Shown here: piece by piece, positions 18,911 through 28,240 of the stretch
How the letters are laid out: each line of letters opens with the position of its first letter
Numbering within the stretch: the first letter of the stretch is position 1
Source: Novosphingobium sp.
GTDB lineage: Bacteria; Pseudomonadota; Alphaproteobacteria; Sphingomonadales; Sphingomonadaceae
Direction of reading: 5' to 3'
Assembly: GCA_031375125.1 (NCBI GenBank)
Contig: JANMHL010000110.1
Span: 1-38,786 of the forward strand
DNA: 38,786 nt
The notes under the pieces: generated by a model
Told to the model about the DNA's origin: nothing
The model's input: only the letters and a program-made list of their open reading frames with translations
Database searches by the model: none
Program-made: the position numbers and the translations under genes

Positions 18911-21900
18911 TTACCTTCCCAGCAAGTTCCGCGCCTGACTGGCCAATTGCGCCAGCATTGCCGGTGCAACGGGAACCGCCGCCTGCGCCCGCACCACGAC
19001 ATTGCGGAACTGGGCGATACCTTCGCCCTGCGCTTCGGCCCAGCGCGCCACGGCGGTGGCAGGATCGCATTTTCCGGCCATTGTCCGACGCAGGAAATCA
19101 ATCCGCATCTGCTGAAAATCGCGGGCAAGGCCGTTGACCAGCAGGCGCTCCCACGGATCAGATGGGCTCATCCGGGCAGCGGTCTGCTGGGCCCAGTCGA
19201 GCCGTAGCCGGGTGCCCAGATCGCCGAACGCAGCGGTGATCGCGCGCGCGGTACAGCCGGTTTCACGGGCGAGCCGCGCGATCCCGATCGAGCCATCGAC
19301 ATCCTGCAGCTGAACCACCAGCGCAGCCTCTGCTTCGGGAGCCCCGGCTTCGGCCAGGGCAGCGCGCATCCGGCCCGATTGGGCGCGGACTTCGAGCGAC
19401 AACAGGCTATCGGGATCGTGAGTCAGTTCGGCCACCCCGCCCTGCAAATCGGCCACCAGTGCCGACGGCACGCAGGTGTGTCCGCCAATCCGCAGCAAGT
19501 CAGCGATATGATCGGACAGCGCCGCCGCAGCCCGATCAAACAGCGTGATCCGCGCGACTTCGCTCATCGGCGCGGTTTCGATCCGCTGCCAGGTTGCCGA
19601 CAAGCCAAACAGTTGTTCGGCCGCGACGAACGCCGCCGCGGTCTGGGCGAGGCTGGCGCCTTCTTCTTCGGCCAGTTCGAACGGATGGATCAGGCCAAGC
19701 CGGTTGACCAACCGGTTGGCGAGCTTGGTCGCGATGATTTCGCGGCGCAGCCGGTGGTCCAGAATATCGCCCTTGAACTTGGCCCGCATCGGTTCTGGGA
19801 AAGCTGCCAATAGCTCGCCTTCCAGCCCCGGATCATCGGGCAGCGGAGAGGCTTCGATGGCGGCCTGCAGCGCCAGTTTCGCGCTCGACAGCAGCACCGC
19901 CAGCTCCGGCCGCGTCAGCCCCCGGCCATCGGCGGCACGCCGCGAATAGACTTCGGCGTCGGCCAGACCCTCGGTCTTGCGGTCAAGCTGGCTGGATGCC
20001 TCCAGCGTTTCGATTAGCCGCAAATGCGACCCGGTAGCCGATGGTCCGCCCGCCTGTGCAATCGACAGCGCCAATGCCTGCAGCCGGTTGTCCTCCAGCA
20101 CCAAGGCGGCAACCTCGTCGGTCATGCTCGACAGCAGCTTGACCCGCGCCGGTTCGGTCAGCCGCCCGGCGCGCTTGGCCCCGGCCAGTGCGATCTTGAT
20201 GTTGACCTCGTTGTCCGAGCAATCGACGCCCGCTGAGTTGTCGATGAAGTCGGTGTTGATCCGGCCGCCATTCAGCGCAAACTCGATCCGGCCGGCTTGT
20301 GTCGTGCCCAGATTGGCACCCTCGCCGATAACTTTGACGCGCAGATCAACGCCGTCGATCCGCAAGCCATCGTTGGCCGGATCGCCGACCGCGACGTTGT
20401 TTTCGGCACTGCTTTTGACATAGGTACCGATCCCGCCGAACCACAGCAGGTCAACCTCGGCCTTAAGGATTGCGGTAATCAGGCTGTCGGGATCGATCAC
20501 TTCAGCTTCGATCCCCAGCGCCGCGCGGACTTCCTTACTCAGCGTGATTTCCTTGACACTGCGCGGGAACACCCCGCCGCCTTTTGAAATCAGCTTCTTG
20601 TCGTAATCATCCCAGCTGGAACGCGGCAACGCGAACATCCGCACGCGTTCGGCATGGGACTTGGCTGGATCGGGATTGGGATCGAGGAAGATGTGCCGGT
20701 GATCAAATGCGGCGACCAGTTTCAGCGCGCTCGACAGCAGCATTCCGTTGCCGAACACGTCGCCCGACATATCGCCGCAGCCGACCACGCGGACTGGGTC
20801 GGCCTGCACATCGACGCCCATTTCAAGGAAGTGGCGCTGGACCGAAAGCCAGGCCCCCTTGGCGGTGATGCCCATCGCCTTGTGATCGTAACCCTTCGAT
20901 CCGCCGCTGGCGAAGGCATCGTCGAGCCAGAAATCGTGTTCTTCGGCGATGGCATTGGCAGTGTCGGAAAAGGTTGCGGTGCCCTTGTCAGCGGCGACCA
21001 CGAAATAGGGGTCTTCGCCGTCACGGATCGTCACGCCTGCGGGGTGCACCACTTTGCCATCGACGATATTGTCAGTGATCGACAGCAGCGTGCGGATGAA
21101 CAGCTTGTAGCTTTCCTTGCCCTCGGTCAGCCAGCCATCGCGCCCACCAGTTTCGGCCCGGTTCGGATCGGGCAGTTGCTTGGGATAGAACCCGCCTTTG
21201 GCTCCGGCCGGCACAATCACCGCGTTTTTGACCTTTTGGGCTTTCATCAGCCCAAGCACTTCGGTGCGGAAATCGTCGCGCCGGTCAGACCAGCGCAGAC
21301 CGCCACGGGCAATCGGGCCGGAGCGCAAATGAATGCCTTCAACCCGCCGTGAATAGACCGAAATCTCACGCCACGGGAGCGGTTTGGGCAGGCCCGGCAC
21401 CAGACTGGAATCGAGCTTGAACGCCAAAGCATCAGCGCCAGCCGGAGCGAACGCATTAGTCCGCAGCGTCGCTTCGACCACGGCGCGGAACTGACGCAGC
21501 AGCCGGTCATCGTTGATTGCGGTAACCTGCGCCAAGCCAGCGCGGATGTCGTCCTGCGCGGCGGTTTCAGCCTTGGCCCGATCGCCCTTGAAGGCAGGAT
21601 CGTGGCGGCAGGCGAACAGCGCGATGACGGCCCGGGTCACATCTGGGGCGTGCTGCAAGGCATCGACCGCGGTCGGCACCGAATAGTTGAGCCCGGCCTG
21701 CCGCAAATAGCGATACCAGGCGCGAAGCCAGTTGGCCTGCCGCGCGCCCAGCGCCGCTGCGGTAATCAGGCGGTTGAACGGATCATCCTCTGCCGCGCCG
21801 TTGAGCACGTCCGAAATCGCCGGTTCAATTGCACTGGCCCGGGCCAGCAGCGCGGCAGGCTCTAGCCCGGCCGGGGCCGCCAGCACGAAATCGTGGATCG

Positions 21901-23596
21901 TGCCGAGTTTGCCGCTTTCCAGCTCGGTCGGGACATCCTCGATCACCCGGAAGCCAAAGTTTTCGAGCGCCGGAACCGCGTCTGACAGCGCCAGCGAACC
22001 GTTGCGCTGATAGAGCTTGAGCCGCAGCACGCCCGCTTCATCCCCCGCGGTGCGGTGCAGCCGTGCATCGCGCAGCGGGCCATCCTCGCCCTCACCCGCG
22101 ACGCGGCGCAGCCGAGCGATATCGATCGCGGCCTCGGCGGCGCCATAGGCGGTGCGATAGGCCAACGGAAAAGCTTCGGCAAAGCGGCTAGCCATGGCGG
22201 CAGCGCGCGAGGAGTCTTCGCTGGCGGCAAGTTCGGCCTCAACTGCATCGGCCCAGCCGCGCAGCATCGCCTTTAACCGGGCATCGAGCGCGGCTTCATC
22301 GGGCAGCGTCGCCATTTCGGGCAGATCGAGCACGAACCGGATCAGCGCCAGATTGCCGTCAATCGCGGTGCTCCAATCGAGCAACGGCGCGCCCGCCGCC
22401 TCGACCAACATCGCAGCAACTTGCAGCCGGGTCGCGGTCGACATCAGGTCACGCGGCACCCACACGAAAGCGAACAGGTGCCGTTCCAACGCCGCGCTGA
22501 CCAGCGCCAGCTTGGGCCGGGGCCGGTCGGTCAGGCTCATCGTCGCAGTGGTAATCCGCTCAATCTCGGCATCGCTGAAACTGACCATCAGATCGTGCGG
22601 TAGCTGGGTCAGCACATGGGCGAGGGTTTTTCCGGCGTGACCTTGCGCGGTAAAACCGAACCGCTTGGCCAGGTCAGCCAGATGCGAACGCAACCGGGGA
22701 ACCTGCGTTGGCGACGCTGCCAGCGCGGCGCTGGTCCAGATTCCGGCGTGGACCGACAGCGCGGTCAGGCGGCCCTTTTCATAGCGCGGCAGGATAAACA
22801 GATCGAGCTGGGTGCGGCGGTGGACCTGCGCGATCAGGTTAGACTTGACGATCAGCGGTAGCCGCGCCCCCTTTTGCGGGCCGTCAAACCAGGCGAAGGC
22901 GCGATCATAGGAAATCGGGCCGAGCAGAATCTTGGCGCTTTTGCGGCAAATCCCCAGCGCTCCGCTCTGGCTGCCATCGCGATTGCGGATGACATGGCCA
23001 AGCTGGGTCAGCATCCCGTCCTTGAACCAGCGGAGCAGCGCGGCGCCTTCACCATCGGCGCAGCCATCAGCGTCAACCGCCATCACGTCTTGCATCTTGG
23101 GCCAGTCCTGCACCGCCACACGGACATCAGCCAGCGTTGCCTCAAGCGCTTGTTCCAGCGCGCGGCGCTGACGGGCATCGGCGCGGGTGGTCTCGATATA
23201 GACCATCGATTCGCGCTTTTCCCCGGCGGCATCGCCGCAAACCACATCGGTCAGCTTGCCTGCTGGATCACGCCGAACGGCCAGCACCGGATGCAGCAGG
23301 CGGTCGATAGCAAGGCCGTGCGCGGCAATCGTCGCAGCAATCGAATCGACCAGAAACGGCATATCATCGTTGATCAGCGCCAGCCGCATGAACCGCTCAC
23401 CGGCTCCGCCAGCAATCGATTCAATCGCAATCGCCGGGGCGCCCGCTGCGCGTTCAGCCGCCGCCGCCACCATGAATTCCGCCGCGCGATCCAGTCCACC
23501 AGCGGCAAACGGCGCGTCGCCGGGCAGCAGTGCGCCTGACAGGCGTTCAGCCACAGCCTTGGTCAGAGCGGATCTTGAACTCTTCTGGGAACCCAT
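18911..23596 (-). CDS. gdhB: Large (about 170-180 kDa class) NAD-specific glutamate dehydrogenase
   Basis: 1561 aa; DDMPFLVDS, RGGLRWSDR, KAQKVKN, AADKGTA, GDMSGDVFGNG, EGANLG. Confidence 0.96.
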   Translation of the reverse strand: MGSQKSSRSALTKAVAERLSGALLPGDAPFAAGGLDRAAEFMVAAAAERAAGAPAIAIESIAGGAGERFMRLALINDDMPFLVDSIAATIAAHGLAIDRLLHPVLAVRRDPAGKLTDVVCGDAAGEKRESMVYIETTRADARQRRALEQALEATLADVRVAVQDWPKMQDVMAVDADGCADGEGAALLRWFKDGMLTQLGHVIRNRDGSQSGALGICRKSAKILLGPISYDRAFAWFDGPQKGARLPLIVKSNLIAQVHRRTQLDLFILPRYEKGRLTALSVHAGIWTSAALAASPTQVPRLRSHLADLAKRFGFTAQGHAGKTLAHVLTQLPHDLMVSFSDAEIERITTATMSLTDRPRPKLALVSAALERHLFAFVWVPRDLMSTATRLQVAAMLVEAAGAPLLDWSTAIDGNLALIRFVLDLPEMATLPDEAALDARLKAMLRGWADAVEAELAASEDSSRAAAMASRFAEAFPLAYRTAYGAAEAAIDIARLRRVAGEGEDGPLRDARLHRTAGDEAGVLRLKLYQRNGSLALSDAVPALENFGFRVIEDVPTELESGKLGTIHDFVLAAPAGLEPAALLARASAIEPAISDVLNGAAEDDPFNRLITAAALGARQANWLRAWYRYLRQAGLNYSVPTAVDALQHAPDVTRAVIALFACRHDPAFKGDRAKAETAAQDDIRAGLAQVTAINDDRLLRQFRAVVEATLRTNAFAPAGADALAFKLDSSLVPGLPKPLPWREISVYSRRVEGIHLRSGPIARGGLRWSDRRDDFRTEVLGLMKAQKVKNAVIVPAGAKGGFYPKQLPDPNRAETGGRDGWLTEGKESYKLFIRTLLSITDNIVDGKVVHPAGVTIRDGEDPYFVVAADKGTATFSDTANAIAEEHDFWLDDAFASGGSKGYDHKAMGITAKGAWLSVQRHFLEMGVDVQADPVRVVGCGDMSGDVFGNGMLLSSALKLVAAFDHRHIFLDPNPDPAKSHAERVRMFALPRSSWDDYDKKLISKGGGVFPRSVKEITLSKEVRAALGIEAEVIDPDSLITAILKAEVDLLWFGGIGTYVKSSAENNVAVGDPANDGLRIDGVDLRVKVIGEGANLGTTQAGRIEFALNGGRINTDFIDNSAGVDCSDNEVNIKIALAGAKRAGRLTEPARVKLLSSMTDEVAALVLEDNRLQALALSIAQAGGPSATGSHLRLIETLEASSQLDRKTEGLADAEVYSRRAADGRGLTRPELAVLLSSAKLALQAAIEASPLPDDPGLEGELLAAFPEPMRAKFKGDILDHRLRREIIATKLANRLVNRLGLIHPFELAEEEGASLAQTAAAFVAAEQLFGLSATWQRIETAPMSEVARITLFDRAAAALSDHIADLLRIGGHTCVPSALVADLQGGVAELTHDPDSLLSLEVRAQSGRMRAALAEAGAPEAEAALVVQLQDVDGSIGIARLARETGCTARAITAAFGDLGTRLRLDWAQQTAARMSPSDPWERLLVNGLARDFQQMRIDFLRRTMAGKCDPATAVARWAEAQGEGIAQFRNVVVRAQAAVPVAPAMLAQLASQARNLLGR

Positions 23597-23727
23597 GCGC
23601 GCCGCTCCTCAGGCAGCCGAAGCCGCCACTCCTGCGTATTATATAATTGCTAACTTACGTAGCATTCGAACTAACCTTAGGCCAAGCCAGTCTCACCCGC
23701 AACCACCTTGACGCTAGGGAATTAGAC

Positions 23728-24708
23728 CTAAGCAATGGCTTTCGCGGTAATTTCGAGCGACCGCCGCCGCATCGCCGGATCAAAGGTCGCGCCCGATACG
23801 ATAATCTCGTCCGCCCCGGTTCGTTCGACAAAGCGCGCGATTTCGCTGCGAACTTTCTCTGGTCCACCGACGGCGCTGGCCTGACGCATATGTTCCAGCA
23901 TCGCCAGTTGGCCCGGCGGCAAGGTCTGGCGATAGCCCGGCACCGGCGGTTTGAACCGCCCCGGCGTGCCGCTGCGCAGCGCAACAAAGCTTTGGTCCAT
24001 CGAGGTGCCAAGCAGTTCGGCCTCCTCGTCATCATCAGCCGCGATCACGGTCATGGCCGCCATCACGTGCGGCTGTTCCAACGCCGCCGATGGAACAAAT
24101 CGTTGCCGGTAAAGGGCCAGCGCCTGATCGAGATAATCGGGTGCGAAATGCGAGGCAAAGGCATAGGGCAGTCCCAGCGCGGCGGCGAGCGACGCCCCGA
24201 ACAAGCTGGAGCCGAGTACCCATAGTTCCACCGGCGCGCCATAGCCCGGCGTCGCCCGGATCGGCAGCTCGGGCTCGCCGCTCAGCAGCGCGCGCAGTTC
24301 CATCACGTCCTGCGGAAATTGCTCAGCCGCTCGGCCCAGATCCTTGCGCAGTGCCTGTCCGAACCGCATATCGGCCCCCGGCGCCCGGCCCAGCCCCAGA
24401 TCAATCCGGCCCGGAAACAGCGCGTCGAGCGTGCCGAATTGTTCAGCGATCACGAACGGGTTGTGGTTGGGCAACATGATCCCGCCAGCACCGATCCGGA
24501 TCGTGCGGGTTGCCGCGCCAATATGGCCCAGCACCACCGAAGTCGCCGCCCCGGCAACCCCGTCCATCGCGTGGTGTTCAGCCACCCAGAAACGATTGTA
24601 GCCCTGCGCTTCGGCCACTTGCGCCAACAGCGCCGTCTCCGCCAACGCCTCACCCACAGTGCCGCCTTCGCGCACCGGGACCAGATCAAGGACAGAGAGT
24701 TGGATCAC
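23728..24708 (-). CDS. Luciferase-like (LLM) flavin-dependent oxidoreductase
   Basis: LSVLDL, WVAEHH, GAGGIMLPNH, GRIDLGLGRAPG, LGSS, FASHF. Confidence 0.93.
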   Translation of the reverse strand: MIQLSVLDLVPVREGGTVGEALAETALLAQVAEAQGYNRFWVAEHHAMDGVAGAATSVVLGHIGAATRTIRIGAGGIMLPNHNPFVIAEQFGTLDALFPGRIDLGLGRAPGADMRFGQALRKDLGRAAEQFPQDVMELRALLSGEPELPIRATPGYGAPVELWVLGSSLFGASLAAALGLPYAFASHFAPDYLDQALALYRQRFVPSAALEQPHVMAAMTVIAADDDEEAELLGTSMDQSFVALRSGTPGRFKPPVPGYRQTLPPGQLAMLEHMRQASAVGGPEKVRSEIARFVERTGADEIIVSGATFDPAMRRRSLEITAKAIA

Positions 24709-25541
24709 CGGGTCACTGATGCGTCCACCGGACCCAGTTGGTCAAGGTATGCTTGCGCTGTCTTGGCCGAAGGGCTGGCCGGAGCCGCCTTGATCACCGA
24801 CAGCCAGCTTTTGCGCGCGGCATCCTCGTGCCCGGCCAGCATCGCGATCACGCCGGCTTCGAGCCCGATCTCGGGATCGACCGGGAACAGCTGTGCCGCC
24901 CGCTCAATCTGCAGCTGTGCATCGGCCAATTTGCCCTGGCGGCGCGAGAGTGTGGCGGACAGCAGCCAGGCTTGATGGTTGTCCGGCGCGGCGATCCGGG
25001 CTGCGGTCAGCGCAGCGGCGGCTTCATCTGGGCGGCCAAGCGCGACCAAGGCGCGGGCGCGGTCAATCTCAATCCCGCCGCGCTGCTTGGCGTCACGGCC
25101 ACCCGCCGCATCGCCGCGCGCCAGATCGAGCGCGCCGAGCGCGCCCGCCGGATCTTCAGCCGCCAACAAGGCATTGCCCGCCAGCGCCGCCAATCGCGCG
25201 CGTTCGTCCGCCTCATTGGCAGGCGTATCTTCGCGCGCCAAGAGAAACAGTGGCGCGGCTTCGGCAAAGCCTTCGATCCGGACCATGGCCAGCGCGTGGC
25301 ACTGCTGAGCCCCGGCGCGGTCCTTCATCGTTTTGGCCCCGGCTAGCCAGTTCTGCGCAACCTCGATCGCCTCTGATGGCCGGGTCATCGCCAGATCAAG
25401 GCAGCTTTGCAGCAGTTCGGGTGAGGAAGGCGCGGACACGGCAGCACTCTTTTGCTTGGGGATCTGCAGCGGCGCCTGCGGCAGCGCGCCGCCGGGGCCG
25501 ATCTGGGCGATCAAAGGGAGCAGGAGCAAGGAAAACGGCAT
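24705..25541 (-). CDS. Exported tetratricopeptide-repeat-like protein
   Basis: Hydrophobic N-terminus; Ala/Leu-rich helical repeats (ALVALGRPDEA, PDNHQAWLL). Confidence 0.75.
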   Translation of the reverse strand: MPFSLLLLPLIAQIGPGGALPQAPLQIPKQKSAAVSAPSSPELLQSCLDLAMTRPSEAIEVAQNWLAGAKTMKDRAGAQQCHALAMVRIEGFAEAAPLFLLAREDTPANEADERARLAALAGNALLAAEDPAGALGALDLARGDAAGGRDAKQRGGIEIDRARALVALGRPDEAAAALTAARIAAPDNHQAWLLSATLSRRQGKLADAQLQIERAAQLFPVDPEIGLEAGVIAMLAGHEDAARKSWLSVIKAAPASPSAKTAQAYLDQLGPVDASVTR

Positions 25542-25557
25542 GGGCGGTTCCGGTCAG

Positions 25558-26289
25558 TCAGTCCAGCGCAGTCAGGGTGCGCAACAGCAGGGCGATATCG
25601 CCATTACGGCTGAGGCGGTGATCGCCGTCCTTGACCAGCGTCACCTGCACATCGGCTGAACGCAAGGCATCGGCAAGGCGCAACGAAACTTCCCACGGCA
25701 CGTCAGCATCCTGTTGGCCGTGGAGCAGCCGGACCGGGCAGGTCAGCGCAATTTCGGTGTCCAGCAGCAGATTGGCCTGACCATCGGCCCAGAACAGCGG
25801 AAAGGTCGGCGTGGGCTGGGGGCCATAGGCGTTTTCCTCAAGCACGGTTTCACCGGCCAGCAGTTCCGTTTGCTGTTCGTCGCTGAACCCCCATGCGGTA
25901 AAATCAGGCGCCACCGCAATCCCGACCAGCGCCGCGATCCGGTCCGGTATTGCCAAAGCCACCAGCAGCATCAGCCACCCGCCCATCGACGATCCGATCA
26001 GCACGACCGGCGCGGCGCAATGCGCCGCGATCAGCGCCAGCACTTCATCGCGCCAGCGGCTGAGCGTACCATCGGCAAAGCTGCCGTCACTCTCGCCGCA
26101 GCCTGAATAGTCGAGCAGCAAACAGGCCCGGCCCTCGCACGCGGCCCAGTCAAACACCGCCGTCGCCTTGCTCCCCGCCATGTCGGACATGTAGCCGGGG
26201 AGGAACACCAGTGCGGGACCCGATCCGGCGGTGAAGCGGAAGGCGATCCGGCGCCTGTCGGCAAGGGTGTGAAAGCGAGTCCCGCTCAC
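25558..26289 (-). CDS. Alpha/beta hydrolase
   Basis: GSSMGG nucleophile elbow, HGQQDADVP, DGDHRLS; GTG start overlaps amidase stop (GTGA). Confidence 0.92.
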   Translation of the reverse strand: MSGTRFHTLADRRRIAFRFTAGSGPALVFLPGYMSDMAGSKATAVFDWAACEGRACLLLDYSGCGESDGSFADGTLSRWRDEVLALIAAHCAAPVVLIGSSMGGWLMLLVALAIPDRIAALVGIAVAPDFTAWGFSDEQQTELLAGETVLEENAYGPQPTPTFPLFWADGQANLLLDTEIALTCPVRLLHGQQDADVPWEVSLRLADALRSADVQVTLVKDGDHRLSRNGDIALLLRTLTALD

Positions 26290-27737
26290 AGTGCCGCGCG
26301 CATCGCCCGGCAGCGCGGCTCCCACGGCGCGGCGGCTTCGAGTTGGGTGGCAAGTTGCAGAAGCAACGCCTCTTCGCCGAACCTGCCGCCCAATTGAACA
26401 CCGATCGGCAGCCCATCCGCGCTCCAGTGCAACGGCAGGGTGATTGCGGGCTGGCCGGTCGAATTCTGGAAGGCTGCGAATGGTGAGAATTCACCCATGA
26501 TCGCGAAGTTCTCGGCGAAGTCTCCGGTATGCGGATTGAGCGTGCCGAGCCGCAGCGGCGGTAGGCCCAGGGTGGGGGTCAAGGCAAGGTCCCATTGGAC
26601 ATGCCAGGCCGCCATGTCGCGGCCAATCCGGTGCATGAAAGCCCAGGCTTGCTGGTAAGCGCCTCCGGTTACACCCTTGCCGAGCTCGTACAGCGCGAGC
26701 GTATAGGCCTCGAGGTTGTTGCCCGAAGGAGCCTGGCCGGTCTCTGCCGCGATCGTGTCGATCTGCGCGACAAGACTCGATGCGTAGATCGCCCCGTAGC
26801 TGCTGAGGATCTGCCCGAACTTTTCCGGAGTGATCTGCCAGGCTTCAACCGGATCGACCTCTTCGACATGATGGCCCAGATCCGCACAGATCTCGGCGGC
26901 GCGGTCGACGGCGGCGAGGCACTCAGGGTGCAGCGGCAAGCCATCGGGCCGGGTGCGAATTGCAGCGATCCGCAGCGGCGGAGGCGCCTGCATCGAAGCC
27001 GCGAGCCAGTTCGGCGGGCCGGGCGGCGCTAGGTAGGGGTCGCCGGGGGCCGATCCGGCAGTAGCATCGAGCATTGCCGCGGTATCGCGAACACTGCGGC
27101 TGACGACGTGCTCCACCTCCAGTCCGCCCCAGCCATCACCGATGAACGGGCCGATCGATGTGCGCGCCCGCGTCGGCTTGAGTCCGACCAGTCCGCAGCA
27201 CGAAGCCGGTACGCGGATCGAACCGCCGCCGTCGTTTGCGTGGGCCACTGGCACCATGCCCGACGCCACCGCCGCCGCCGCTCCGCCTGACGAGCCGCCA
27301 GTGATATAGTCGGTGTTCCACGGGTTGCGAGCCGGGCCATAGAGTCGTGATTCGGTCGTCGTCATCAAGGCGAATTCGGGCACGTTGGTTTTGCCCAGCG
27401 GGTTGAGCCCGGCGGCCAGGAAGCGGTCGGTGAGGGTCGAATTGTGATCCTGTGGCGTCGCCGGTTCAAACGCCGAGCCTTGCCGGGTCGGCACCCCGGC
27501 GAGATGGCCGAACGCGTCTTTGAGCAGGAAGGGCACGCCGCCAAAGATTCCGGAAGGGGGCTGCATAGCTGCGGACCGGGCGCGATCGTAGAGCTTGTAT
27601 ACGACCGCGTTAAGCTGCGGATTGAGCGCCTCGATCCGTTCGATCGCGCTCTCAACCAGTTCGCCCGCCGATACCTCGCCCTTGCGGATCAGTTCGGCCA
27701 TGCCGGTGGCATCGAGTTCTAGATATTCGGCAATCAT
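26286..27737 (-). CDS. Amidase signature family enzyme
   Basis: [28 protein letters not shown]; start at ATG 27737 behind GGGAGAG. Confidence 0.93.
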   Translation of the reverse strand: MIAEYLELDATGMAELIRKGEVSAGELVESAIERIEALNPQLNAVVYKLYDRARSAAMQPPSGIFGGVPFLLKDAFGHLAGVPTRQGSAFEPATPQDHNSTLTDRFLAAGLNPLGKTNVPEFALMTTTESRLYGPARNPWNTDYITGGSSGGAAAAVASGMVPVAHANDGGGSIRVPASCCGLVGLKPTRARTSIGPFIGDGWGGLEVEHVVSRSVRDTAAMLDATAGSAPGDPYLAPPGPPNWLAASMQAPPPLRIAAIRTRPDGLPLHPECLAAVDRAAEICADLGHHVEEVDPVEAWQITPEKFGQILSSYGAIYASSLVAQIDTIAAETGQAPSGNNLEAYTLALYELGKGVTGGAYQQAWAFMHRIGRDMAAWHVQWDLALTPTLGLPPLRLGTLNPHTGDFAENFAIMGEFSPFAAFQNSTGQPAITLPLHWSADGLPIGVQLGGRFGEEALLLQLATQLEAAAPWEPRCRAMRAAL

Positions 27738-28002
27738 CGGCTCTCTCCCTTGCTGGCGCCGAATTTGCGCGCGCGAAGGGGTTTGAGCAAGCTCAGATAA
27801 CCCAGTCAACAGTGCCCATCTGCATCACCGCATGGGCCTTCGATCTGGATCACAAGAGCGCCCGCGTCGGGGGCGAAATGGCGGTTCATGACCGCCGTCC
27901 GCCAGCGCGGAACGGCGCTCGCAGGGACCAAGCGGATGACCGAGCTGGCCGGTCAGCGGCGGGTTACCCCTTCTTGACCGGCGGCGCGCGATATCTGCCG
28001 CG

Positions 28003-28031
28003 TTGAGCCTTAACCTTTGCCGTGCTAAAGC
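28003..28031 (+). promoter_or_regulatory. Sigma70-type promoter for the thrS leader
   Basis: TTGAGC-17bp-TAAAGC, implying +1 at about the leader ATG (28039). Confidence 0.55.
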
Positions 28032-28038
28032 CCACGCG

Positions 28039-28113
28039 ATGCAGACAGCCAACGCCTTTTCGCTGACTACCACCACCACCCGGGATTACCCGGGGCGGGT
28101 TGCTTTCGCCTGA
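28039..28113 (+). CDS. Thr-rich leader peptide upstream of thrS
   Basis: [24 protein letters not shown]; ACT-ACC-ACC-ACC-ACC run; 127 nt between its stop and the thrS ATG. Confidence 0.8.
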   Translation: MQTANAFSLTTTTTRDYPGRVAFA

Positions 28114-28240
28114 GGCGACAAGCGCCGCCGTCCGGGTTCGGGCGGCTGGCGTATCCCCCGAACCTGTCAAACCCAACGCCGCCCCTTCCGGTGCGCCCCA
28201 GCTTGTGCCAAAGCGCCCCGCAAGAACGACGAGAGTGACC

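Noticed and set aside
23648-23664. TGCTA-N7-TAGCA dyad upstream of gdh
   Set aside because: Five-bp arms in an AT-rich promoter are too weak to call
28100-28240. N-terminal extension of ThrS from TTG 28100
   Set aside because: Lies in structured leader RNA; the TGS domain begins at ATG 28241
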